This document shows positions 1 through 12,996 of a DNA stretch of 64,000 nucleotides, piece by piece. The DNA is taken from positions 16,042,998-16,106,997 of the forward strand of contig CM082578.2 of assembly GCA_040954595.2 (NCBI GenBank), written 5' to 3'. Source of the DNA: Balanoglossus misakiensis (Eukaryota > Animalia > Hemichordata). Numbering within the stretch: the first letter of the stretch is position 1; the number at the start of each line of letters is the position of its first letter. The translations under genes and the position numbers were made by a program. The notes beneath the pieces were generated by a model. That model did no database searches. It was not told the origin of the DNA and saw only the letters and a program-made list of their open reading frames with translations.

Positions 1-3000
1 CACTTTCACTATTGTTGGTTCAACCAAATGTTCAATGTCTCTTGTATAACTGCAGATCAGGAGAAACATACAATGAAGTGCTCTAAAAGGTCTTTCATGG
101 CCAACTCTTCTTCTGCGTGTGTATGAGCAGCATTCCTTGGTCCATGCAGTCACTGGGGATGATCGAGTTTCCCTGTTTGCTTTCATCTTTTACTTGTTCA
201 CACAAACAAAGCAGTCAGTTTTCTTGTCGGCTGAGGTCCTCTATTTTGATACACTGACCAGGACAGGTGTCTTGGGACCTTGCTAATTGGTAGGCTTTAT
301 GAAAAGGAGCCATCTTGGATGTCAGTTTTGGGTATTTGTAGTCCTCTGAGAAAAGATTAAGGCAAATACTTTGCTTCTGTATAGCCAGTGGATAGTTGAA
401 TTACCACACTGGAAAGCTGGTTACAAGGCTGCCTTTCTTGAGCAAATTTGTGGAAACATTTTATAATCAGAAAAAATCGTCACAGTTTTTTTCACGGGCT
501 GAAGTAATCGAGTAAAATACATTTCATTACCTTGACTGAAAACTTTCAGAATTTAATATATCTGTTGGCTTTAAGAAAGAACTTCAATATGCAGTGCAGT
601 ACTTTTAGATTTTAACTATGTCATATGATAAAATTGTTCTGTGATAAATCCTTGGAAGAAAACTCAAATCCATAACCCTTGACACTTGTATAATCTGTTC
701 CTTGTCATCTCACAGTAACCCGAAGATCCCAAACTGCATTAATCTAATCTTACACTTAATGACATGTCCTTCGAAGTTTGTCCCCCTAGCTTTGCTAAAT
801 ATGACATAATTGTTGTGGCTCTTCCCTGTACAGCACGCATATATATCCTTTTAAGAAACTGGAACTCTCTTGCTCGAAACCCTACACTATTTTGGATTTT
901 AAACCCCTGAAAGTTGACCACATTTGATGGATACTTTACAGAAAAACTTATACGACGAGACAGCTTAAAGTTTGCTTGCTGTGTAATTAAAAACCAGACT
1001 TCATTTAGTTGCTTCATATTCAGAAGAGTTAATTATACACACTTCTGACATATGTATACTCTGATGTCTGACCCCCACTGAGAATTCCAATTTATTCTTC
1101 TGAATTTACCTTGCCAGGGATTTTTTTTAAATACACTTGTCGTATTAATACTTGTTCAACCTCACAAGCCTGTGATTTCCTTGTGAGGAATTTATTTTGA
1201 AATTTTGGTCAGCAGGTTTTGAGAGAACTGTAACTGACATGCTGTTTGTGACAATCTGAGTACAGACAAGGATAAATTCATAAAACTAATGCGGAAGCCA
1301 GCAAAGGTGACTCCTTTAGGGTCACTTGGCCTTGAAGAAAACCATATAAGCATTAAGACTGTAAATTTACTGTCAACAGCTACACATATGTGTTGGTGGT
1401 TTTATGTTCCACATTGACTCACACCAGTCTGCATACTTGAGACATGATTGCCTAGTCAGAGAGAGAGAGAAGGAGAGACAGAGAGTAATTCAGAGAGTAT
1501 TTAAACGTGAACCCTCGTTTTACGTGAAGTTTTACGCAGTCCCATTGTTTAGATTCTCAAACTTTAAGTGTTGCCATTGAAAGAGTACAGCCTTTGTTGG
1601 CTACCACAAATTACTCAGGTTTGATAGGCAATTATCGCCATGCAGTTTTATTGAGCTTGAACTGGCCTTGTGGCATGGTAGTGTCAGTTCGGTCGTTGAA
1701 GTTCTAAGAGTGTAAATCGAACCGTCTCAATGGTCAAAACTAAAGGCTCTGAACGTACATGTTTGTCAAACAAGTAGAAGGGGGGGAAAAACAAAATGAT
1801 GTTAAACTTACGTTTAAGTGAAAACTCGCCTGGTGGCAAGTTTAGTTAGCTTACACAGGCGTGTTTTCACATAATTATCTGGTGTGAAAGATAGTTTGTT
1901 CCAGTTGGATAACTCCAAATTGATCTTCCGTTCTTTTCACGCCAAGCATTAACATCAACTGCCACGCCCACTTTTTTTTTACATGCAAAGAGTAGTGACA
2001 ACATAAAAAAAACTTTGCAGTGGTTTGTTGATTCATAATAATAATAAGTAAGGAACCAGGCGTATGCCTGATTGGTTGAGTGGTTTATGGTGGCTGTCAA
2101 TAAAATACAAATTTGCATATGTAGACCTGTCCTCCAGGATGTGGCTCGACCCACCCTGGCCTTGAAACTTGAATTGCCTTTGGATTGAACGTGTTGCTCC
2201 TCCCCCTTTCCTGCCTTCAAAGGTTATTTTTCACCCAAGATTGGTTGAAATCTATTAAAAGCTGTACAATTTTCACTCGTGAGTGGTGGTTTGACGTGAT
2301 TAGCAGTGTCATTGTTTACTTTGGGTATTCCGTGCACATCTACCACAGGCTCCTCGGAGCCTTTCCGCAAATTTTTTTTAAAATTTGGAAATGGTGACCT
2401 TTGACCTATGGTAATTTCACGTGCTATCAAATAACTGATAATTAATCATCAATGGGTTATGCCCCTCCTCCTCTCATTCTTGTAATTAGTGGCAGAGTCA
2501 TATCAAGCGGCCTAGGCATGCCCATGTATTGCCAAGGAAGAGGCCTCCAGCAAGTACGTGTATATTTGCTACAACTTTAACATCGAGTCCTCCCGTCTAG
2601 AGTTGAGGTTTGCTTTCTTCTGCATACACCAACAATGGAGAATTTCCACCCGTCAATCGCTCGTTTTACCTGCCTACCCGCACCTGAATGGCACACTGTA
2701 TACCAATTATGCAAATCAAGACCCTTTGGCCACTTCAGGTAGTGTAAGCAATGATATTGAGAGCCAATTCCCAACCCCCGCATAACAATGGTCCCCCTTT
2801 TTTTGGGCTCTCAGCACATTTGAAAACCAAATTTTCCCGAGGATAGTTAGAGTTTCCTTTCCATCTTGTTTCACTTGCATTGTCACTTTTAGAAAAGCCT
2901 TCAAATAGAACCTTTGTGTTGGCCATAGAAAGTGATTCTTTCTCCACTGTCTATTTGCTTTAAGTATACATGTACATGCAACTTTGAAAAAAAGAAAGCA

Positions 3001-5444
3001 CTTTACCTCTTTGGCTGGTATACGTAACCCAAGCAGTTACTCCCAAGCTGTCTGTGAATTTTCATGTCTTGCTGTCTGAGTCATGTTAGAAAAAAACGTT
3101 CTGGAAGGTTTTGCTAGTTGATAAAAACACAACGGGCGGCATTTGGCATTTTGATTGTGAACCGAGCTTGTCCTTTAGTATTTGTTTTCATGAAAGATTA
3201 GTATCGATGTACCTGCCTTAGTGGTTCTTTTGAGACTGCCTTGATTGTTATCAGGTCAAAAGGAATCGCATGGGTGTACCATTTCTAACGTTAAACAGTG
3301 ATAGCACAAGCAAATTAGGCCTTTTACTAAAAAGGCGTGTGTTGATAGTACAATCAAATTGATATCTCAAGAGCTTCTCAACTTGTATAAAGGTTCATTC
3401 TATCTGCCTCTTTCTTAATCTCAGTGAAGTACAGATCTAAGTAGTTCTTTTTAGACTTTCGGCCGTCAAGCTTAAATGTTGGTGGTGAAAGTTCATCACT
3501 CTTTTGTTTAGATGTTGGTATTTACACCAGTTACTGGTATCATGATTGACAGGGTTATTAAATCAGAGAAAATGTCTTTGCAGCAATCCCAGAGAACTTT
3601 GATTAAAATGATCGCCTGTGAATCTGAGAATGTGATGGTAGAATTTGGCCATCTTTAATTGTAACCCACATCTCACAGTTGATATAACTCATCAGCTGAA
3701 GACAAAATATAGGCCGTGAGCACACAGTATGGCTCCAGTCTGTGGCAGTAACTCAATAGGGTACACTGCATGACAATTTATACTCCTGTAAAGTTTTAGT
3801 ACAGCAACATCGGCAGCTAGTCCATCTGTTACACGGCCATCGTTACAGCCAATTAAAACCACTTTACATGATCTTTAGACACTAGTTATTTTTTCCAAGG
3901 CCTTTTCCATGGTATTCTGCCAAGCGGGAGAGAATCAGTGTTTACGGAAAGCTACATGTAATTAGGGGATGACTTTCAGTGGAATGCAATTCCTCTATAA
4001 CTCAAGCAGTATGTCAGCCTTGAGAGTTTCCTCTCCAACTGGTCTCCTCTCATTGAATTGTAATATATCAAACTCAGGTCTTGTTCCAGGCGATTGGCAC
4101 CATTGCTAACTCAGTCAACATGGTCTAGGGGACTTATAGAAATAATTTTTTAAAGAGTATGCAACAAAAACCAGCATGGCCAATGTCATGTTGCATATTG
4201 TAAATAATGACAAATCATTTGATTATTTTGTTATTGTTCAAAGTGTAGTGTCTCAGTAAGGGGAATGATGTCTTGGAGAACATCAAGTTCCGGTGTTCAA
4301 TTTTGCAATGTAAATGGATTTTATTTTTCATTATGAGTGGAAATCTGAAGACAGCATATATACACGCCTCTTTTGGGAGTTTTCTTGCCGTATTTATAAA
4401 TAACATAAATCTTCTTGACAGTGATAAATGCAGGTCATTGAGGGTTGCAAAGAAAATGCGAATCTCCATCGTAAATTTGTGAGGGTGATGATGGAGAGAT
4501 GTAAATAGATCCCCTCTTCTCTGTAATGCTAGAGTTATTTTCATTCAGATTGTTTAAGGGTAGTACGTACCTCGGGGACAGAGTTTCAGACAAATGATAT
4601 TCCTCTGAACCAGTTCTTTGCTTTACAGTGTGTGGGGAGTCTTTATGAAAACAAAACAGGGTGTTCACTGTCTTGTTTTCATAAAAATTGATAATTTAAA
4701 TGTTAAAGATAGTTTTCTGTAATTGAAAAAATGTTTTTTTAAGCTAGTTGTTAATTAACTATGATTGTGTCAAAAACTTCACACTTCAAGAAACAGTACA
4801 GAGGAAACTCATCCATATCTGTCATCAGAATATGTATAAGTAAACATGAACTAACATGTTTACCCCAATATATTTTACCCCCAACACATTGTTGACATGG
4901 TTTGTGACATACTGCAGCCAGCATATCCATGACAGTGGCCTTAGCTAGCAAGTTGACATACAGTAACCTTACACAGAGGGCAAGCGTGAAACACATGCAG
5001 TCAAGTTCGTACGAGATAAGTCGCGTAAAATCAAAATCGTCTCAACAAGACACGGTGTTGACAGCACCAGGCTGAGACATTCACTTCTCCAAGGTTTTCT
5101 CTTCATTCAACTTGTAATCAAAAACATGATGTGAAGAATAGACTTGGAGTGGTCAGTGTGTTTACAAAACAAGACAAGGTCACATGATTGTGTCGCTTTA
5201 TTTTGACTTTTTTGCAATTGATTTCATTCAATTATAACAATAAGACATGCCAGTTGCTCATCATAGTGTATATGTTTGACTTATGTGTGTAATTCTGTCT
5301 GGTGATGCACAAGGAAAAATAAGGATTTTTTTTATAGTTTTATATACTCTTTTCTGTGAGAGAAAAGTATGCAAACATATTGATAGGGTTTTGATCAGTT
5401 TAGGTTTATAAATTAAAATTGTTTTATTTGTGTTGATTTTGTAG

Positions 5445-8400
5445 TGTTCAGCAACCTGTGGCAGAGGATACCGGTTCAGAGAAGTGTACTGCCAAGACTT
5501 TACATCAAGGTCATTACCAGATGAATTTTGCAACAGTGAGAAACCAAAACAGGTCAGAGGATGTAAGATTACAAGCGATTGTCCAAAATGGAGGACAAAT
5601 CCGTGGACTAAGGTGAGGATCGAGATATGTTAATATTGAGATTCATTGCATACAATTACATGTATGGTGGTCCATAAGACCATGGCTCCAATATACACAA
5701 ACAGTACTTTATTTAATTCATAAAGTATTTGGGGGTTAGACAAGCAGGAGGCGCGTGCAATATGAAATATTATAGCCTGAATATGGAACTTAATGAGCTG
5801 TCATCGCAGAAGACCGTGTCCTCAAGTTGCTGCAGGCAGGGATCATAGTTCCGCATTCATGCTGTCGTACATAATTATCATATCGGCTCTGATCACATTC
5901 CAGAACATACCGTCACACTGTAACATAATACCAACTGACCACGCTGCACCACGACCCTCACATCAAACGTCACTGTCCATCAAATCATAGAACATGATAT
6001 TAAATTAAATGCTAATATTGTATAGCATCAAACTACATCATATCTGAATATATCTGACCACAGTGTATTGCATAACATGACACTGTATTGTGTGCGACTA
6101 CATTACATCACCTTTATTCTAACATCACATCACATCGCCTTACATTACATTACATGACAAATATCACATCACACCACATCACCGTCAAGTCATATTGCAT
6201 CACATCTCCATACATCACATCACATCACAAGCAACTCTGGTTGATAAATGTCTTCATCAAGTGAAGGCTGTATGTTACCAAAACTTGCAGGCATCACAGA
6301 TCATCAGGGGTCATACAAAGTATATCAGCCAAATTTTAAACATCTTTCAATATTTATACCAAGGTCAACATTGGCAGGTTGCCTGAGTCTCCTGTATGAT
6401 TTACAGTGTCATTCCACTGAAGTCATTATTTGGGGTCAACTTTTTCGGTCTTGCTGCGAATGATCTTCATAGCTGAAGATTGCAAACAGTGTACATTCCA
6501 CAGTCAACAGGTGCAGTGGAAGTTGGATTACAGCACAAGTGTATCTGACAGACATTTCTCATGTAGCTTTCCGCACTGATGTCTAAGTGTACATGTATTT
6601 GACCAAATCTTTCACTGGAGAAGATACCCCCTCTGTTTACTTGTTACCTCCGTTCAGTGGGAAACAACTTCCAGAAATGCTCCACATGCACGGGCTGCAA
6701 ATTTGTTGATACACACTTGTAGATTATGTATTATTGCATATTAAAGTTTGAGTTTCTTTTCACCCATCTTATCGTGTCCAGTGTTCTGTTACTTGCGGAG
6801 AAGGTCTGAAGACAAGAAGTGTAGTCTGTGAGAGGAAACACAATCGGGAAGTGAGTGTTGAACTCTGCGATCCCCGGAAGAAGCCTCTGGAAGTCAAGAA
6901 GTGCAGTCGTCAAGAATGTGTCACTTACACATGGCGTACTGGCAAGTGGTCTCAGGTAAAAATGGCACTGTCAATCAATTCAATCAGGCATATTGCTTCG
7001 TAAGCCTCTTTGGTGTGTTCTTTATTTCTCATTATCAACTGACTTTCATACACAGCAATATGCTGTCTGTTTCTTGTTAACAAGGACTTTTTTCATGAAT
7101 AACTAACTGTGTCTCACTGTGTCTTTACTGCTTTCATACAGACACTTTTCATTCCAAACTTTTTTTCATGCGTGGTTGTCTGCTTTCTCTTGTTGGCACT
7201 ATTTTCCTTCTGGACTATCTCTGAGTAAAAGATATCTGACGTTCAGGTCAAAAGATCAAATAGATATAAAATGAACAATATCCATAGAGCTACAATAAAA
7301 ACACAATGTAGAAGTTGACAGTGGAGTAGAGAGACAATGGCAATCGCTCCAGTGTCTTTGATAATGAGTTGATTTGTTAGTCCCCATGGATGAAGTCGTT
7401 GGGACTAATGAATTGGGCTCTGTCTGTCTGTACGTGCATTTGTCCATCTGGTGCATTTTACATGAAGACATGCGCGTACCTTGACTTAAATAACTTCCAG
7501 TTTGGTTAAATTTGGTAGGGTATAGTATAATTTGCATCAAACCATTGAAAATGAATTGTTAAGGTTGCCAGCATGCTGTGTTACAAATGTAGTTACTGCA
7601 CATTGAGATCCTGCCAGCTTTAAATTCACCCTAGCTGCTGGCTGTTTTGTGCTGTAACACAGACCATTCAATTTTTGTGTTGGCAGTGCACAAAATCTTG
7701 TGGTGGAGGTCAAAGACACAGGGTTGTTCACTGTGTCAATGGTGAAGATAAACTTGCTGAAGATGTTTACTGCAAAAAACGCAGGCCAAGAGATACAAAA
7801 CACTGCAAATCTCAAGAGTGTCCTGTACCAACATGGACTTCGGGAGAGTGGTCGGAGGTATAACATTCGACTTTATCTTATAGGGTACATGAGTTTTGAT
7901 CCAATTTCACCCAGTTTTAAGACACATTCAGGGGAGTTGTAAATGTACTTTTCTACAAATTCTATGATTTAATGAGAATATATGTGTTTTGTTTACCAGT
8001 GTTCAAGGACATGTGGAGAAGGTCATCAAACAAGGAACGTCACCTGCCAAGCTTTTAGTGAAGAAAATTTGCCAATACCAGGTGAAGTGAGCGGCTGTGA
8101 TCCAATCCAAGAGCCAGAATCACTCAGACCTTGCAATATTGGCCAGTGTCAGTCCGACAGCTTCTGGAGGACAGGAAGTTGGAGTGTGGTAAGTTGTCTT
8201 TGAAGAATAGCATCTTCATATGTCCCGTACAGTATGCGATGACTAGGGATTAAAAATCTTGCCTTTAACAGCAGATTTCATCGATTGGTTTAATTTTGAA
8301 AAGGGATTGAATTTCATTTGTGAGCTTGTCATTATCGTTCTATTTTCTATTTTCAAAGTGTTCAAGAAGTTGTGGGGTTGGTGTCAGCCAAAGAATTGTT

Positions 8401-10171
8401 GTTTGTCAGGAATGGAGTGGAAAGAGTCAGCCAGATGAAGAATGCGCAGAAGTCAAACCAGAATCTGTGAAATCCTGTGATATGGGACCATGTAAGTGTA
8501 ACCTTACTTTCTTACATTGAGTTTCTCTTTGTGATGCTGCAAGGGAATCTTTTTCTGTTCCTGATTTTGTAGTAAATGGTGTTGTGCGATGTAGTAGGTA
8601 TACACTGACTGTTTGTTTTCATCTGTGAAGGTTTACCGAGAAGTTGCCACGAGCTGAAATGGACAAAAGGAATAAGTGAAGATGGAGAGTATCTTATCCT
8701 GATAGGTGACAGAACGTTGAGTGTCTACTGCCATAACATGATGTCTAGCGTACCATTAGAATTTTTAACACTGCCAGCTGGAGAAGCAGAAAACTACTCA
8801 GAAATTTATCCCAAAAGGTGCGTATGAACCATGGTGGGTTGTCATGGTTACTTGGCTGAGGTTATATGGTCCCACACTCAGCGTGTCTAATGGAAATCAT
8901 TATAGACAAGTGCAAATAGGGGATGACAACAAGTTGAGAATATAGCTGTGAACAGCAATAAGCGGGTTTTGAGACACTTCTAGCCCTATTGGTTCGCCTG
9001 GAGATAGATACATGTATGTGCATATCCCCCTCCAATGAGATGTGAAGTGTTTGTCTTTGACTTCTATAATTACATTCTCTGATTTTTCCTTTAGGTCAAC
9101 CATCTTATTAAGTCTTCTTCTTTTTCAATTTGCTTACAGTCTTATAGTACCTCACCAGTGTCCATATAATGGCAATCGCAATGATAATTGTGAGTGTACT
9201 GACTACAACCACCCGCAGTCAGGTTTCACTGCATTCTCAAAGTTGAGACTTGATGTCCATACTATGTCTGTCATCAGTAAGTATATGCATTGTTATTCAC
9301 TGTCAGAGTTCAATTTTGTCAAAATTATTTTTTGCAGCAATGGAATATCAGTACTGGCTATGTGATGTTGTCTGCAGCCATTTTAGGTAGATATCTGAAG
9401 TAACAAAAGGTAGTTTCATGGTAACGCCAACCCTGTGATTGATTTTGGCACCATGCTTATAGTAAGAAAGCAGCGTCAAAGCCAATGAATTCTGAAAGGG
9501 CTAGAGCAACATTGCGTTTTCTTTTTGTCAAATTTTCTTAGCTATTCAGTGATTAATGCCTGTGTGTTGTTATCCTGTTTCGTTCACAGCTTCAGATGAC
9601 AGCTTTATCGTCCAAAAACAGGGTGAATTCATACCCTATGCCACTGCAGGGGATTGTTACAGTTTGTCCAACTGCCCTCAAGGCCGATTTCACATCAATC
9701 TTTCTGGTACTGGTCTTGCTGTATCCACAGGCAGCAGTTGGGATGCAGAAGGTAGAGCTCTAACCAGAAACATCTTCAGGGAAAAAGTGAGCATTTTGTT
9801 TGTTCATTTCATTTTGATTCATTACCCATTTTAGTCCCCAAAGACAAAGTCCTTAGGGGACTATATGATTGGGCTCTGTACATCTGTCCATCCATCCGTC
9901 TATCCTAAGCCTGAAATCAGACGTGCCTGGAACAATTTCATTCCAACTTGGTACATGTACATGGACAGTCTACATACACATACAGACAGGAAGATAGATT
10001 GACATAACCCGCAAGCCTCCAGGGCTCTGTTGTTGCCATGGTAAAGACTCTAATATTTCTCTCTCTTTTTGGGGTCAGAATGGGCAGATTATTCGAGGAA
10101 GTTGTGGTGGATATTGTGGTAAATGTTTTCCAGATTCAAGAACTGGTTTGAAGCTTACCTTCACATCATGA
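5445..10171 (+). CDS. ADAMTS9: ADAMTS9/20 (GON-1-like) metalloprotease, 3' part only: five TSP1 repeats plus the C-terminal GON domain; 5' part lies upstream of the window
   Basis: Phase-consistent GT-AG exons 5445-5612, 6782-6955, 7687-7857, 8000-8188, 8359-8491, 8631-8817, 9140-9276, 9590-9786, 10079-10171 (1449 nt = 483 codons). TSP1 motifs: CSATCGRG, CSVTCGEG, CTKSCGGG, CSRTCGEG, CSRSCGVG, the later ones each preceded by WxxxxW. GON domain: LPRSCHELK...VYCHNM...NYSEIY...CPYNG...YATAGDCYS...CPQGRF...CGGYCGKC, then TGA at 10169-10171. The GON domain is diagnostic of ADAMTS9/20/GON-1. Confidence 0.93.
6100..6230. repeat. Degenerate (CATCA/CATTA)n pentanucleotide microsatellite
   Basis: Runs such as catcacatcacatc and cattacattacat within an ADAMTS intron. 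Confidence 0.8.
7377..7450 (+). mobile_element. Non-autonomous Helentron/HINE (DINE-1-like) element, copy A; 3' boundary uncertain
   Basis: T-rich start, inverted repeat TTAGTCCC (7377)/GGGACTAA (7401), then ATTGGGCTCTGT and GTCT-type microsatellite. Same layout as the copy at 9831. Confidence 0.5.
9831..9965 (+). mobile_element. Non-autonomous Helentron/HINE-like element, copy B; 3' boundary uncertain
   Basis: Inverted repeat TAGTCCCC/GGGGACTA, then ATTGGGCTCTGT and (GTCC/ATCC)n. Clearly related to 7377-7450. Confidence 0.5.
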
Positions 10172-10182
10172 TATTAACTCAG

Positions 10183-10273
10183 GTAAAATTTGATTCTATT
10201 ATCCCTCCTCATTTTTTGTCAAATTCGTGAATTACAACAATTAATTTTTTTCTGTGTTGCTTTTCTCTTTCAG
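10183..10273 (+). other. Probable intron in the ADAMTS 3'UTR
   Basis: Donor CAG|GTAAAA lies 11 nt after the stop codon. Strong acceptor TTTTCTCTTTCAG|G ends at 10273. Confidence 0.6.
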
Positions 10274-10531
10274 GGAACCCTATTAATTGTACAGTATTTC
10301 AACATGAAGATTAATATTATATAGAAAAAAAACACAATTTTAGAAGACCAAATCTCAGTTTATGCAATGTTTATAACTTGAAAATTGGTGCTATGAAATG
10401 AGACTTTTTCTTCATTGTATATACCATTACAACCTTGAGAAGTATACTATATTTTTTATATATATTTTGTTGCATTTTTATAAGTTATTCCCATGTACTT
10501 ACAACATAAAGAAAAACACAAGGGATGTTAA

Positions 10532-10616
10532 CCCTTCCACCCCCAGTTCCCTCTTTAGAGGTCCACCCTTGCCATAAAAAACAATGGGTTTGGAGTGAAC
10601 CATAGTGGTGAAAGGG
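10532..10616. mobile_element. 85-bp piggyBac-type MITE in the ADAMTS 3'UTR
   Basis: TTAA on both sides (10528-10531 and 10617-10620). Termini CCCTTCCACC ... GGTGAAAGGG match 9/10 as inverted repeats. Confidence 0.7.
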
Positions 10617-12990
10617 TTAATGAAGTATGTGGGGTCAAAGCAAATAAGTATGATCTGTCGTTGTAGAAGTTGCAGGGTTGTAGGTCAACCAGTGTAATGA
10701 TTCCAGTGAGTCATCTATGATTTATTCTCGGTGATTCAGTCTACAGTCTAAAAACAAACTGGTCAGATAACCCTGCATTCTTGTCATTCCTAAACGCAAG
10801 TGGATTCCAAGTACAATATTGCCTGAACCAACAACTTTCGACATCATTCTTTTAAATTAGTCGTGATTTCAACTTTAATGAAGATATTTTAAATAAATGT
10901 TTCTTTGTATATGTTTTTATAGGGATGTTTTGTAAACTGCCCTTCTTTCTGTCAAAGTTTTCATCTCAATTTTTTAATGGATAAGTTCCATGTTTTACAG
11001 TATTTTGTTTTTATAATTCATCTTTCACTGAAAATATTGCAACTGAAATATTTCAGGAAAAAAAAGACTTAAAGATTTATATTATATGAACATTATAAGC
11101 AAAGTGGTCATCTGTTGAGTCAGATGACATTTTGTTATTTTACATGATCCAGAAAGGACAAGTTATTTCTGAATCTGTCCTTTCTAGGAAATATAAAACT
11201 TATTCCTCTGGCATGAGGAAATCTTTGTGTGCTTCGTGTGCTTTTTTTTAGATTTGAAAAAAAAGTTATTTATATTCGTATTAAGCTTTCTGTTGATTTC
11301 TCCGCCTTCCAATATGGCTGCCTCCATGTTCCAAGGTTTAATTCACCAAGGTGGATTGATGGTTTTATTTTTTAGATTTGTACATTTGAAAGATTTTGGA
11401 AAATTCAAGCATGAGGATATTCTTATGATTATGAGTATAAGCCTCAGCGTTTCAAACTGCCAATTCAGTGATTTATTTTGGCAGAAAACTAGTTTATTGC
11501 TACATGCGTGTGTAGTTTGAGATATTAGTGGAAGTATTTATAAAAACTTAAATTTATTTAAGGCAACATAAAATGTACATGTCCAAACTTTTACCAAAAT
11601 GATGCTGCTCGGACCCTGAAAAATCAAGTGCTAGATGAGATAAATTAGTGTTGTAGGGCGAAATGCATTTATGTATTTTTATGAATTGTGAAATCATGAA
11701 GCGTGAAATAGATAATGCAACCATAGAAACACACAGAAATCTTACACTGTGTTTCTACTCAGACCAAAAATTTCAATATCGACCAAAAATAATTCAATAC
11801 AAACTACCTCTTACTATGCAATATGAAATAATAGTCATTTCCAAATGCAAATTTACAAAAGATACGATATTTTTGTGAAATCCTCTCCATTTCACATATA
11901 AATGGTGCTGATGTATTGTTTAATGTGCTTAACCAATCAAGGAGTTAACCACTCTCTTTGGGACCATTTAAGAGACCAATATTTCAACAACAACAACAAC
12001 AACACAAACAAACAACCAATGATTCATGGGCTTAGGCACTAAGTACAATCATGTATTAGTCATTCTGATTCGCAATTACCTGTATCATTTCATAAATTTA
12101 TGTATATTATTTACATTTTAAACATGTTATGGACACTTCCATGTTACATTTATTCATCTGTACTATTAGTAGAATGATTTTTTTTTCAAAGTTATATGAA
12201 TTTTTTTCTTTAAGTTATCTATGAAATTCTTAGTCTCTTGGCAATATTGTAGACAACTATTGTAATCAAGTAAAGCCTTTTTTCCTGACAAACAGCTGGA
12301 GATTACTTTGACCATAAACACACACTCTCAAAATGAATTTTACTTATTAGTTGTACTTTTGAAATTACTATCAGAAGGTTGAGAAGATCAGTATTTTTAG
12401 CACACAAGCTCATTCACTTACATGATTTCTGTCTCTGTCTCTGCAAGCATGATGTCTCAAAAATAGTTGCGCAGATTTTTAGTCACATTTGGTGCACAGC
12501 TACAGTTTCCAAATGGCAAGAGCTGATTAGCTGTTGGTGGTTATGACTTCCAGATCACAGAGAAAAGACAATGAGACATTCCGTGACAATTACCTCAGAA
12601 TAGCCGGAGTGAATTGGGTAGTTAACTGACTGGCATTTTTAAAGCATAGTTGTTTGTTCCACTTTAATTTATTTACCACATTATTTACGGTCACAAATGA
12701 ACTTTCTGTCCTGTCAGCTTTGCAATGAACTATCGGATACCAGTCTTCCATGCTTTCCAGCTTCTTGTAATCTCAAAATAACACATCTTCCGGTGTTAAT
12801 AGAATTATGTATTTTGTATCATGTGGTAGGCTTTAATATTTTGTCTGGATGCAGCGATGGTTTGACCTCTTGATCATTTTTGACAGATTTCTCTGCACTC
12901 AGTAATATATGTGAAACCAGGGTCCTTGCATCATAAAAAATTTATAAGTATAATTTTTCAATATACAAAATTATTTTTACATATGAGATG

Positions 12991-12996
12991 AATAAA
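12991..12996 (+). terminator. Candidate polyadenylation signal ending a ~2.8 kb ADAMTS 3'UTR
   Basis: AATAAA followed by a T-rich tract at ~13020-13030. Another AATAAA at 10892 is an alternative site. Confidence 0.45.
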
